In this document: piece by piece, positions 52,525-61,976 of the stretch
How positions within the stretch are numbered: the first letter of the stretch is position 1
How the letters are laid out: each line of letters starts with the position of its first letter
Assembly: GCA_036012755.1 (NCBI GenBank)
Contig: DASCPX010000070.1
Coordinates: forward strand, 272,837 to 336,836
Direction: 5' to 3'
Origin: Myxococcota bacterium
GTDB taxonomy: Bacteria; Myxococcota_A; UBA796; CAJQPC01
DNA length: 64,000 nucleotides
Notes under the pieces: model-generated
What the model saw: only the letters and a program-made list of their open reading frames with translations
Told to the model about the DNA's origin: nothing
Database searches by the model: none
Program-made: the position numbers and the translations under genes

Positions 52525-54587
52525 CGGATGATGGGGCTGGGGGTGCCGACGCTGACCAGCCAGAGCTGATGGGCCGCGCGGGTCGCGGCGACGTGCAACA
52601 GGCGCCGGGTGTGGGAGGTGTCCGGGTAGTAGCGAGCGCTCGCTTCGACGACGACGACGTAGTCGAACTCCAGGCCCTTGACCTCCTGGACCTCTGTGAC
52701 CTCGACGCCGGGGCTGAAGGCGAAGTCCTGGTCTTCGACGAGCCGGAGCCTGGGGACCTCGGCCTTGCGCAGGCCTGCGGCGTACATGGCGCTGACTCCG
52801 GGGTTCGGCGTCAACACCACGATCGAAGCGAGGGGCTCCCGGCGGGCCAGCTGCTGGAGCACGTCGCCCAAGAAGCCCACGCAGGCACCGTGGTCCGTGA
52901 ATCGAAAGAGCTCCACGGGCGCACCCGGGCGCGTGGTGGTCGGCGCCTCGTCGTCCTCTGCGTAGGGGCCGAGCACGCCTCTCGCGAAGGAGGTGATCTC
53001 GTGGGTGGAGCGGTAGCTGACCTTGAGCGTGCTCACGGCGGTCCCGGAGACGCCGACGTGCTCGAAGAAGTCCGCCCAGTCGGCGAAGCCGGCCTCTTCG
53101 ATGATGTGCTGCTGGGTGTCGCCCGACAGCGTCGCGCTGCCTTGGGAGTCGAGGGTGTCGAGCAGCACGCTGACCTCGAGCGGCGAGAGGTCCTGGACCT
53201 CGTCGACGACCATGTGCGTGTAGCGCAGGGGGTACTTCTTGCGCCTGCCGCGCAGAGCTCCGACCCGGCGCTGCCAGAGCCGCAAGAGCACCGCGTCGTC
53301 CTCTGCGTCCAGCTCGGCGCCGTCCTCGCGCTCGCCGGCGACCCAGTCGGTCAGGCGCGCCCGCTGCCGCCGTGCCCAGTCCCAGGCGCGCTCCAGCTCC
53401 ACCGCGGTGAAGACCCCCGGGGCGGCGTCCTCGACGATGCGTGAGAGCCGATCGAGATCCATGAACAGGCCGAGGAAGTCCTCGAAGACACCCTCTGCGG
53501 TCGGCGGGTTCGGCACGGTGTCGACCTGGTGGTCCATCACCTGCAGGAAGGCCGGATGCAGCTTCAGGCGGCTGACGACCTCTGGCGTGTCCTCGGCGAT
53601 GCGCCGGGGCAGGAAGGGCAGGTGCCGCTTGACCCGGTCCCGTGCCCACTTCGTCCAGGTGACGACTGGCACGTCCTCGACCCCGAGCGAGGGCAGCACC
53701 TTCGAGATGTAGTCCCGCAGCGCCTTGCCCCAGACCACCACGATCATGCGGTCACCGCGGAAGCGCTGGGGCTCCTGGTAGGCCAGGTAGGCCACGCGGT
53801 GGAGCGCGACGGTGGTCTTGCCGGAGCCGGCGATGCCTCGCACCACGACCAGCCCGGACTCGGGGCTCGTGATGAGCTCCCACTGCTCCTTGTCGATCAG
53901 CGCCGCGATGTCCGGGAGGTGTTTGTCTTCTCGGCGCGGACGCGCGCTGCTTCCGACACCGAGCCGACGGTGTGACGCGGACGCTCGCTCGTGCTTCAAG
54001 AGGCTGCTGCCCGAGCCGCCAGCGAGCTTGGGTGGTGTCTTCGAGAGCTGTGTCCAGTCCGCTTCGTCCCTCACGAAGGTGCCCTGGGGCGAGTCGATAC
54101 GCTCCAGCTGGCCCCGAGTGATGCTCAGCGTGCGTCTGGCGACGAGCTCGCCCTCGAAGATGCGCTCACCGACCTCTTCGGCGTATTCCTCGCCTTCCTG
54201 GTAGCGGTAGAAGATCTGCGCGATGGGCGCGTTCCGCCAGTCGACGATGCGCAGCCCGTGGTCGATGCGCGTCACCTTTCCCAGGTAGAGGTTGCGCTCC
54301 CGTTCGCCCTCCTTGAGCTTCATGTGGGCGAAGTACGGCGAGTCGGGATCGATGTCCTCTGTTCTCCGCGCTCTGCGGATCTGTCCCAGGAGCGCGTGGA
54401 GCTGGTCGAACTGTTGCAGGAGCGAGCCGAGGTCCTCTGCCTTTGCTCCGGCCAGGTCGCTGCGGATGCGCCTGAGCTCCTCGACGATGTCGACCTCTGA
54501 CGCGCCGACCTCTACCGGCCGCTCCAAGAGGCGGGTCCGGATGTCATCGAGGAGGTCCTCCTCTTCCTGCACGATGGGGTGGATCAA
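52521..54587 (-). CDS. helD: HelD-like RNA polymerase recycling ATPase (UvrD superfamily)
   Basis: SPYFAH, IVDWRNAPI, GIAGSGKTTVALHRVAYL, VDEVQD, SYRST, KGLEFD, VAATRA. Confidence 0.88.
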   Translation of the reverse strand: MIHPIVQEEEDLLDDIRTRLLERPVEVGASEVDIVEELRRIRSDLAGAKAEDLGSLLQQFDQLHALLGQIRRARRTEDIDPDSPYFAHMKLKEGERERNLYLGKVTRIDHGLRIVDWRNAPIAQIFYRYQEGEEYAEEVGERIFEGELVARRTLSITRGQLERIDSPQGTFVRDEADWTQLSKTPPKLAGGSGSSLLKHERASASHRRLGVGSSARPRREDKHLPDIAALIDKEQWELITSPESGLVVVRGIAGSGKTTVALHRVAYLAYQEPQRFRGDRMIVVVWGKALRDYISKVLPSLGVEDVPVVTWTKWARDRVKRHLPFLPRRIAEDTPEVVSRLKLHPAFLQVMDHQVDTVPNPPTAEGVFEDFLGLFMDLDRLSRIVEDAAPGVFTAVELERAWDWARRQRARLTDWVAGEREDGAELDAEDDAVLLRLWQRRVGALRGRRKKYPLRYTHMVVDEVQDLSPLEVSVLLDTLDSQGSATLSGDTQQHIIEEAGFADWADFFEHVGVSGTAVSTLKVSYRSTHEITSFARGVLGPYAEDDEAPTTTRPGAPVELFRFTDHGACVGFLGDVLQQLARREPLASIVVLTPNPGVSAMYAAGLRKAEVPRLRLVEDQDFAFSPGVEVTEVQEVKGLEFDYVVVVEASARYYPDTSHTRRLLHVAATRAAHQLWLVSVGTPSPIIR

Positions 54588-54632
54588 GCAATGTCTCCGC
54601 GCGAGGGGCTCGTGATCGGGGAATCACTTCTT

Positions 54633-55742
54633 TTAATCCGCACCACCCCCGAGGCAAGCGCTGACCAGCGCGACCGTCGCCAACGCGGCCGAGATGAGGA
54701 AGATGTCTCCTGTGTTCTCGAAGGTGCTGACGCCGAAGGTGCCCAGGGCGTTGCCCATCAAGGCGCCGACACCACCGAGCGCGGCAGCGAGGACGGCCTG
54801 GGCGCTCGCTTGGACCTCTCTGGGCGCCCGAGTCGCGACCCGGTGGACCGCGCCGACCCAGAAGGCCCCGAAGCCGATCCCGTGCAGGGCCTGCACCGCC
54901 ACCAGCGCCACCGGGTCGATGACCCACGCGCACACGAGCCAGCGGGGAATGCCCAGGGCGACGGAGAACACGATGCACTTGTGGGCCCCGAAGCGGCGGA
55001 GGATCCAGGGGCCCGCGAAGAGCACCAGGACCTCCAGGCCGACACCGAGGCCAAAGGCCATGCCGGCCCAGCGCGATGGCAGCCCGAGGCGCTCGAGGTG
55101 GAGCGCGAAGAAGCCGTCGTAGACGCTGATCGAGGCGAAGTGGAAGGCCGAGGCGACCAGGAGCGCTAGGACCGGACGGTCCGAGATCAGCGTGCGCAGG
55201 GCCGGGAGGATGCCTGGGTGGCCCTCTTGCCCCGCGTCTCGAGGAAGGGCGAAGGCCAGGGCGGCGAGGGCGGCCGACACGGCACAAGCGAGCCAGAAGG
55301 GGCTCACTCCAGACTCCACCATCGCTGCGCCGATGAGGACCGCGACGACGAAGCCGACGCTGCCCCAGGCCCGGACCCTGCCGTAGCGTCGACGGTCGTC
55401 CGCGAGGCCTCCTAGGACCGAGCCGTCGAGCAGTGGATCGATGCCGACCCGACCCGCGCTGAAGACGAAGACACCGGCCAGCGCGACGCCCAGGCCCATG
55501 AGTCCAGCGCCCAGCGCCGAGATGGCCGCGGCGAGGGCGAGGACCCAGACCGCACCTCGAAGCTTGTCCGACAGCGCGCCCCAGCCGCTGCCGATCAACA
55601 GCCGCATGGTCGGGGTCGCGATCATCGCGGCGAGCAGCCACCAGCCGGTGATTCCGGCCCGATCCAGCTCGACGGACAGATAGGGGTAGGTCGCCCCCAT
55701 CGCGGCGATCGACAAGCCGATCGCCAGGCTGTGGCGCTTCAC
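54633..55742 (-). CDS. MFS transporter (HcaT/MFS_1-like)
   Basis: WGALSD, YGRVRAWGSVGF, VQALHGIGFG. Confidence 0.88.
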   Translation of the reverse strand: MKRHSLAIGLSIAAMGATYPYLSVELDRAGITGWWLLAAMIATPTMRLLIGSGWGALSDKLRGAVWVLALAAAISALGAGLMGLGVALAGVFVFSAGRVGIDPLLDGSVLGGLADDRRRYGRVRAWGSVGFVVAVLIGAAMVESGVSPFWLACAVSAALAALAFALPRDAGQEGHPGILPALRTLISDRPVLALLVASAFHFASISVYDGFFALHLERLGLPSRWAGMAFGLGVGLEVLVLFAGPWILRRFGAHKCIVFSVALGIPRWLVCAWVIDPVALVAVQALHGIGFGAFWVGAVHRVATRAPREVQASAQAVLAAALGGVGALMGNALGTFGVSTFENTGDIFLISAALATVALVSACLGGGAD

Positions 55743-57577
55743 CAGCCGTCGCCGTTGGGTCCGCCGTAGGCTCCGATGTCACTGACAGAGCCGTCCGTGT
55801 CGCTGCGAGATGGATCCCCCGCGTCGATGAGGTCCGAGGCCGAGCGCAGGCTCAGGTCCCAGCTGCCGGCGTCCGCGCCGGAGGTGTCCGTGTACCCGGG
55901 CTCGGTCGAGATGTTCCCGTTGGTGCCGTCGATTTCCGTCGTGTCGGGGTCGTCCGTCTCGTTGTAGGCGTTGCTGTAGGTCATGCTCGGCGAACTGCTG
56001 TAGAGCGACGCCCAGCCGATCTCGTGGCCGCTGACGTCGACATTGGTCGCGCTGGGAGAGCTGCTGCTGTAGGCCGTGATGCCCTCGCCGTATGCGCTCG
56101 CGTAGATGCCCAAGTTGCCGACGACGCTGGCGTTGAAGAAGGCCGTGGTGCCGCCCGAGTAGACCCAGATCCCCGCGGAGTAGAGCGTGGTGGTCTCCGC
56201 CGTGTTGCCGGCGACGACCAGCCCGTCGAAGACCGAGCTGTCACTGCTGCTCAGGGACATCCCCGAGCTGGTGACGTAGCTGCTCCCGATGGCCTCGTTC
56301 CCGCTGATCCAGACGTTCTCCGCGTCGAGGCTGCACTGCTCGCAGGAGAGCCCCGCGCCCCAGATCGTGTCTCCGTCGGCGACGTTGTCGACGATGCGCA
56401 GGTTCGACAGCGTGGCGGCGCTGTAGCCGAGGTAGATGCCCGTCCCGTAGCAGGTGCTCTCGTCGCAGCTGTTGTCGGTGATGACGAGGTCCTCGAGGTG
56501 GGGATCGCCGCCGTAGACGTAGACCCCTGCGCCGAAGGCGGCGTCTCCGCCCTGGATGGTGAAGCCGACCAGTTCGGCGTCCGCGCCGACGAGGTAGACC
56601 ACGCTGTCGCCGCCGGGCCCGGAGAGGACCGTGTTGTCGGAGCCCTCCGTGCTGTGCAGGCGGACGGCCTTGCCGTCGAAGTCGAGGACCTCTTTGTAGG
56701 TTCCGGCCTCCACGCAGACGAGGTCTCCCTTCGAGGCCGCATCGAGGGCGTCCTGGATGCTGGCGTGGTCGGTGGGCACCCGGTTGGCGTCATCGACGAC
56801 GCCGTCGCAGTCGTCGTCCTCGTCATTGCAGACCTCGTCGGCGCCAGGGAACTGCGTCTCGTCCGAGTCATCACAGTCGTCCGAGCTGGAGGCGTGGCCG
56901 GGGGGCGCGTCGCACTGGCGGGTCGGGTCGCCGGCGCCGTAGCCGTCGGAGTCTGCGTCCACGTACCAGGCGGGGGCGTCCTCGGCGTTGTCGTCGTAGA
57001 CCCCGTCGCAGTCTTCGTCGACCCCGTCGCAGTGTTCGTCAGCGCCCGGATGGACCTTCGAGTCGCCGTCGTCGCAGTCGTCTGGGTTGTCGGCGTAGCC
57101 CTCCGGGGCATCGCAGCCCTCCGTCGTCTCGCCCTCCGGGTCGCCGTAGCCGTCGTCGTCCTCGTCTGGGTAGAAGGTCTCCATGTCCACGGCGAACCAG
57201 TCGACCAGCCCGTCGCAGTCGTCGTCCTTGCCGTTGCAGATCTCTGTGGCGTCAGGCCCGATGTCGGCGTCCGAGTCGTCGCAGTCGAGGCAAGCCGCGG
57301 AGCCGTCGCCGTCGGCGTCCGTGTAGCCAACGGAGCCGTCGCAGTTGTAGTCGACGGGGTCGGTGCAGTCGTCCTCTGTGGCGCCTGGGCGGACCTCGAC
57401 GCGGGTGTCGTCGCAGTCGTCCGGGTTGTTGGCCAGTCCGTTCGCCAGCGCGCAGGCCTGGAAGGGCTGCTCCGGGTCGCCGTAGCCGTCCTTGTCCGCG
57501 TCGATCCAGTAGGTTTCTTTCTCGCACCCCGGCCCGTCGTCACCCGAGCCCGTGCAAGCGAGGAGGAAGATCAGCAC
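55739..57577 (-). CDS. Lipoprotein with MopE-type metal-binding repeats and beta-helix domain
   Basis: MLIFLLAC; repeated DADGDGYG...DCDD...PGA.E.C...DxDCDG; VPTDHASIQDAL; DIGAYGGP. Confidence 0.88.
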   Translation of the reverse strand: MLIFLLACTGSGDDGPGCEKETYWIDADKDGYGDPEQPFQACALANGLANNPDDCDDTRVEVRPGATEDDCTDPVDYNCDGSVGYTDADGDGSAACLDCDDSDADIGPDATEICNGKDDDCDGLVDWFAVDMETFYPDEDDDGYGDPEGETTEGCDAPEGYADNPDDCDDGDSKVHPGADEHCDGVDEDCDGVYDDNAEDAPAWYVDADSDGYGAGDPTRQCDAPPGHASSSDDCDDSDETQFPGADEVCNDEDDDCDGVVDDANRVPTDHASIQDALDAASKGDLVCVEAGTYKEVLDFDGKAVRLHSTEGSDNTVLSGPGGDSVVYLVGADAELVGFTIQGGDAAFGAGVYVYGGDPHLEDLVITDNSCDESTCYGTGIYLGYSAATLSNLRIVDNVADGDTIWGAGLSCEQCSLDAENVWISGNEAIGSSYVTSSGMSLSSSDSSVFDGLVVAGNTAETTTLYSAGIWVYSGGTTAFFNASVVGNLGIYASAYGEGITAYSSSSPSATNVDVSGHEIGWASLYSSSPSMTYSNAYNETDDPDTTEIDGTNGNISTEPGYTDTSGADAGSWDLSLRSASDLIDAGDPSRSDTDGSVSDIGAYGGPNGDGW

Positions 57578-57596
57578 TGCGCCAAAGGTAGTGCAG

Positions 57597-59732
57597 CTAG
57601 TCGGCGGTGGCCAGTGCGCGGTGGTTGTATTGGGCGAGCGTCATGACCCGGCCCTCGTGCAGCCAGGTGTAGGCCTGCCAGGTGCCGACCACGCGCTTGA
57701 CGTACCCGCGGGTCTCGTCGAAGGGGATGCGCTCGCAGTATTCGTCGGTGGGGATGTTCCCCCACTCATCGAGCCACTGGCCCACCCGGTGCTCGCCGGC
57801 GTTGTAGCCGGCCGCCGAGAGATAGGGGCTGTCCTCGAACTCGCTGTGGAGGAACTCCATGTAGCGAGCCCCGACCTTCAGGTTGATCTCCGGGTCCAGG
57901 AGGTCGTCTCTTCCGACCTTCATACCCATCCACTCCCCGACGCCCTTGCCCGTCGCCGGCATGACCTGGCAGAGGCCCCGGGCGCCGGCCCAGGAGATGG
58001 CGTCCTCGTCGAAGTTCGACTCGACGCGCACGAGGCTGTGGAAGTAGCGAGGCTCGAAGCGGTAGTCCGCAGAGGCCGCCTCGACCTCTTCCAGCCAGAG
58101 GTCCGGGTAGGCGACCGACAACAGGTGGACGACCTCTGGCGAGGGCTCCACCGGTGTGTTCGTGCGCAGCCAGGTCCTCAAGGAGCGGTGGGCATCGACT
58201 GCGTCGCCGACGGCCATGCGGGACTCGGTCCACCAGCCCATCTCGTCGGGGCTCCAGGTCTCGTGTTCGCCGTGGAGCGAGATCGCCTCTTCCACGAGTC
58301 CCAGTGACAACAGCGCGGGCAGATCGGAGTCGAGGACCTCTCTGGACAGCGTCCAGGTCGTCTCCGCCTCCGGGAGCTCGACCAGCACCGGCATCGACTC
58401 CTCGGCCATGCGGCTCTGGGCGAGCACGGCGTAGAAGCTCCATGGCTGGCTCTCGATGCAGCGCGTCCACCAAGACAGCGCTGCCTCCCGACCCGCCTCG
58501 TTCGGTGTCGTCGGGTCCGAGACCTTCGGGTAGAGCGCCCAGCGCCCGGCCCAGTACATGCCTGCTGGCACGTGGAAGCGGTCCCGTGACGGAGGCAGCT
58601 TGCCGAGCTCGGCAGCGATCCGAGCGGCCTCCGCTCCGTCCCCCGCCTGGTAGTGGCTCCAGGCCGTCCGGAACATCGCCTCTGGGATCATGTCGCCGTC
58701 GGGGAGCTCGTCGATGGCCTTCTGCCAGAGCCTGCGGGCCTCCACGATGTCGCCCGAGCGCTCCTTCGCGACCCCGGCGAGCACGAGCCCGTCATCGGCG
58801 AAGCTGTGCTCCGGGAAGTCCTCTGCCATGCGCTCCCAGACCGCTGCTGCGCTGTTGTGCTGGCCGCGCAACAGGTGGGTCTTTCCCTTGAGGTAGGCCA
58901 GCTTGGCCCCGGTCTCGCCGTCGCACTCCTGCGCCGCGTTGCCGAAGGCCTTCACCGCCTCTGGCCGCCTGCCCTTCTTGTAGTAGGCCCTGCCCTGCAC
59001 ATAGCGGAAGCGGCAGGCGTCTTCTGTGCCCACGTGGTCCGAGGCGTAGGCGTCGTGGCTGAAGGGGCCAAGGAGCTCCAGGATCTCGGACCAGGCGCCC
59101 TGGGCCTGCAGCGCATCGGCTCGCCAGGCGGCCTCCTGCCAGGTCGCGTCGGCGAGGATCGTCGGATCCTCGGCGCTGTTCGGGTAGTGGGCCCACAGGC
59201 GACGCTCGTAGGGCTCGGGGTCGGGCGCCATCGCGGCGAGGGCGGCCAGGGCCTCTGCCGAGCCTGCCGCGGGATCGGGCTCTGCGACCAGGGCGCTGTA
59301 GGCTGCCCGGGCTCGGGCGAGGTCCCCTCGGGCTGCCTCTGTCGCGGCGATGCTCGCGAGGGCGGAGCGGTGCAGGGGGTGTCCCTCCGGCACCTGCTCC
59401 AGCTCGGCCACGGCGGCGTTCGGATCGCCCTTTGCAAGGTGGATGCGCCCGTTGGCCCAGGCCTGCTGCGGCGCGGGGAAGCCCTCGATCAGCTCGGCGT
59501 CCGCTGGGCGATCGAGCTTCACCAGCGCCCAGGAGGCCAGGGGACCCGTCTCGGTCGAGAGCGCGCCCCAGTCCTCGGCGGCCGCGAGCTCGACGAGCCG
59601 CACGTCGAGGGCTGGCTCCACCGCGTCTGTCTCCTCGAAGCTCGGTGGGGCCTCGACGACCTCGACCGGGATCTCTGCGAGGGGTTCGTCGGGAGCTTCG
59701 CCACAGGCGAGGGGAACGAGAAGCAGTGTCAT
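57597..59732 (-). CDS. TPR-containing soluble lytic transglycosylase
   Basis: LVRVESNF, SWAGARGLCQVMP, AGYNAGE, IPFDETRGYVKRV. Confidence 0.93.
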   Translation of the reverse strand: MTLLLVPLACGEAPDEPLAEIPVEVVEAPPSFEETDAVEPALDVRLVELAAAEDWGALSTETGPLASWALVKLDRPADAELIEGFPAPQQAWANGRIHLAKGDPNAAVAELEQVPEGHPLHRSALASIAATEAARGDLARARAAYSALVAEPDPAAGSAEALAALAAMAPDPEPYERRLWAHYPNSAEDPTILADATWQEAAWRADALQAQGAWSEILELLGPFSHDAYASDHVGTEDACRFRYVQGRAYYKKGRRPEAVKAFGNAAQECDGETGAKLAYLKGKTHLLRGQHNSAAAVWERMAEDFPEHSFADDGLVLAGVAKERSGDIVEARRLWQKAIDELPDGDMIPEAMFRTAWSHYQAGDGAEAARIAAELGKLPPSRDRFHVPAGMYWAGRWALYPKVSDPTTPNEAGREAALSWWTRCIESQPWSFYAVLAQSRMAEESMPVLVELPEAETTWTLSREVLDSDLPALLSLGLVEEAISLHGEHETWSPDEMGWWTESRMAVGDAVDAHRSLRTWLRTNTPVEPSPEVVHLLSVAYPDLWLEEVEAASADYRFEPRYFHSLVRVESNFDEDAISWAGARGLCQVMPATGKGVGEWMGMKVGRDDLLDPEINLKVGARYMEFLHSEFEDSPYLSAAGYNAGEHRVGQWLDEWGNIPTDEYCERIPFDETRGYVKRVVGTWQAYTWLHEGRVMTLAQYNHRALATAD

Positions 59733-59783
59733 GGGGTCTCTTTCTGTTGAGGCAATTGTTACCCTCGACACGTCAAGACGCAC

Positions 59784-61976
59784 ATGGTTCCTCTGTTGAT
59801 CACCTTTGCCTGTGTCGCGCCCATCGAGGCGGAGGTGGCCGTGGAGCGTGTGCTGCTGCCGGTCGGCGGAGAGGCGGCGGGGGTGAGTCGAGAGGTGCCG
59901 CTGGTGGTGCGCGAGGGCATCGAGAACGAGGCCCCCACGGTCGCGGTGGACACCTCTGGCGGCCTGTGGTCCGCCGTGACCTCATCCGAAGCAGGGGAAG
60001 AGGTCATCCGGCTGCGCCAGCCAGACGGCGTCATGCGCGAGGTCGCGAGGGCACCCATCGCCTCGAACCCGCGGCTCGCAGCGGGCGAGGACGGCAGTGT
60101 CTGGCTCGCCTGGGTGCAGGGGGGCTACGACGGGAGCCGGGACGTCTGGCTCCAGCGGGTCGATGGGACAGCCGAGAGCGAGAACCTCACCCATGGAGGC
60201 TGGAACGCCCACCCGGCGCTCGCGGTCGCGGATGACGGCGCCGTTCACCTCGCCTGGGAGGAAGGCCTCGATGTCATCGTCTACGGGCACGGCGCAGAGC
60301 GGAAGAAGCTCGGGGGCCGTGGCCTCAAGCGTCGCCCGGACGTGGTGATCGACGCGGACGGCCCGGTCGTGCTCTTCGACGAGCTCCAGCTGACTCGCGG
60401 CCTCGATCCCGACTACGACATCGCGGTGTGGAGGCCTGCCGAGCCACCGGTGGTGCTGCATCGACCGGGCATCCAGGCGGCGCCCAGGGGCCTCGCCGAC
60501 CCTGACGGTGGCTTGTTGATCGCCTGCCACGACAGCGAATCCACCGGGGGCATCGTGAAGTGGCTGCGGCTGTTCCACTACGAGGACGGGGCCTGGTCCT
60601 CCTGGGTCGATCCTCGGGCCGGGCTGGCCCACGAGGGTGAGATCCAGGGGGCCGAGTTCCCGGCCTTGGACTGGACCGAAGGTGGCGGCCTCGTCGTGGT
60701 CACGCGCTCTTCCCACGGCCACCAGGTCCACCTCGTCTCCAGCGAGGGGATCAGCGATCCTGTCGACCTCACGCGGAGCTACTGGGGTGCGCGCGGCTGG
60801 CGGCAGGATCTCGTCGTGGCGGGCTCTGAGGCGTGGGTGGCCAGGCGCGCACGAAAGGAGGCCCTGGTCGAGCGACTCAGCCTGCCGAAGCTCTCTGGTC
60901 TGCCGGACTTCGAGCCCGTCTCGGATGCCCCCGTGATCGACGTCGAGGCGCCCGCGAAGCCCGCTGGCGTGGCCTTCGGGGATGTGCACATGCACTCGGC
61001 TCTGTCCGACGGCACCGGGCCTCCGGACGAGATCCTCGCCCGCGCCTGGTCCCGTCGCCTGGACTTCGCCGTGCTCACCGACCACGACACCATCGTCGGC
61101 AGTCAGCTGTCCTACTCGGACCATGACGAGATCCGCCAGGTCACCGAGTGGTTCGGTCGCCGGCCCGGCTTCGTCACCCTGCACGGCTTCGAGTGGACCA
61201 CCCCCCCCACCTGGCGCGATGGCAGCGGGCACAGGAACGTCTACTTCAGGGACCAGCCGGTGGAGAGCATGGAGCTGGACGGCATGGAGGGGCTGAGCCG
61301 AGGCTTCCTGCCCTCCGCGGCCGGGATCGCGCCGGACGCCCCAGCGCTCAACGCGGCGCTCGCGGATCACGCGGCCTTCACCGCGCCTCACCATACGAGC
61401 TGGACGGGCACGGACTGGGAGCACTTCGATCCCGCCATCCAGCGCCAGTTCGAGCTCATCAGCGTGCACGGGCTCTCCGAGCGACCCGGCGAGCAGGTCA
61501 TCGCCGCCCGCGGTCACGAAGGCGGCAGCTACGCCTCTGACGGGCTGTCCGCCGGCCTCGTCTTCGGCTTCCTGGGCGGCTCCGATGGCCACGGCCTGCG
61601 CTGGCACCACGGCATCGGGCGCGTCGAGGACCCCTGGGCCACTGGCCTCACCGGTGTCCGCTGCGACCCGTGCACTCGCGAGAGCGTCTGGGACGCCCTG
61701 CACGCCCGGCACTCCTGGGCGACCTCCGGAGGCCGGCTGGTGGTCGATCTACGCGTCGGCGAGGCTGGCCCTGGAGACGAGGTCGTCATCGAGGGCCCCC
61801 TCGAGCTCGCCTGGTCCGGCACCGGGACCCTGGTACGGGACGGGGTCGTGCTCGGGACCTTCGACGGCGGGTATGTCGACGCAGAGGCCGACATCGGCCC
61901 GCACAGCTACTACCTCAGCGTCACTGACGGCGAGGACCACGCCTGGACCTCGCCGATCTTCGTGGAGCGTCGATGA
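59784..61976 (+). CDS. PHP-family (CehA/McbA, DUF3604-like) metallohydrolase
   Basis: GDVHMHSALSDG, LTDHD, EWT, GHRNV, GGSDGH, AWTSPI. Confidence 0.85.
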   Translation: MVPLLITFACVAPIEAEVAVERVLLPVGGEAAGVSREVPLVVREGIENEAPTVAVDTSGGLWSAVTSSEAGEEVIRLRQPDGVMREVARAPIASNPRLAAGEDGSVWLAWVQGGYDGSRDVWLQRVDGTAESENLTHGGWNAHPALAVADDGAVHLAWEEGLDVIVYGHGAERKKLGGRGLKRRPDVVIDADGPVVLFDELQLTRGLDPDYDIAVWRPAEPPVVLHRPGIQAAPRGLADPDGGLLIACHDSESTGGIVKWLRLFHYEDGAWSSWVDPRAGLAHEGEIQGAEFPALDWTEGGGLVVVTRSSHGHQVHLVSSEGISDPVDLTRSYWGARGWRQDLVVAGSEAWVARRARKEALVERLSLPKLSGLPDFEPVSDAPVIDVEAPAKPAGVAFGDVHMHSALSDGTGPPDEILARAWSRRLDFAVLTDHDTIVGSQLSYSDHDEIRQVTEWFGRRPGFVTLHGFEWTTPPTWRDGSGHRNVYFRDQPVESMELDGMEGLSRGFLPSAAGIAPDAPALNAALADHAAFTAPHHTSWTGTDWEHFDPAIQRQFELISVHGLSERPGEQVIAARGHEGGSYASDGLSAGLVFGFLGGSDGHGLRWHHGIGRVEDPWATGLTGVRCDPCTRESVWDALHARHSWATSGGRLVVDLRVGEAGPGDEVVIEGPLELAWSGTGTLVRDGVVLGTFDGGYVDAEADIGPHSYYLSVTDGEDHAWTSPIFVERR

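Noticed and set aside
51325..53649. 774-aa ORF
   Set aside because: The N-terminal part is an alternate frame over helD; the plausible gene begins at 52290.
56800..57520. Repetitive GTCGTC/CCGTCGCAGTC DNA resembling an array
   Set aside because: Encodes Asp/Cys-rich MopE-type protein repeats; no identical repeats with unique spacers, so not CRISPR.
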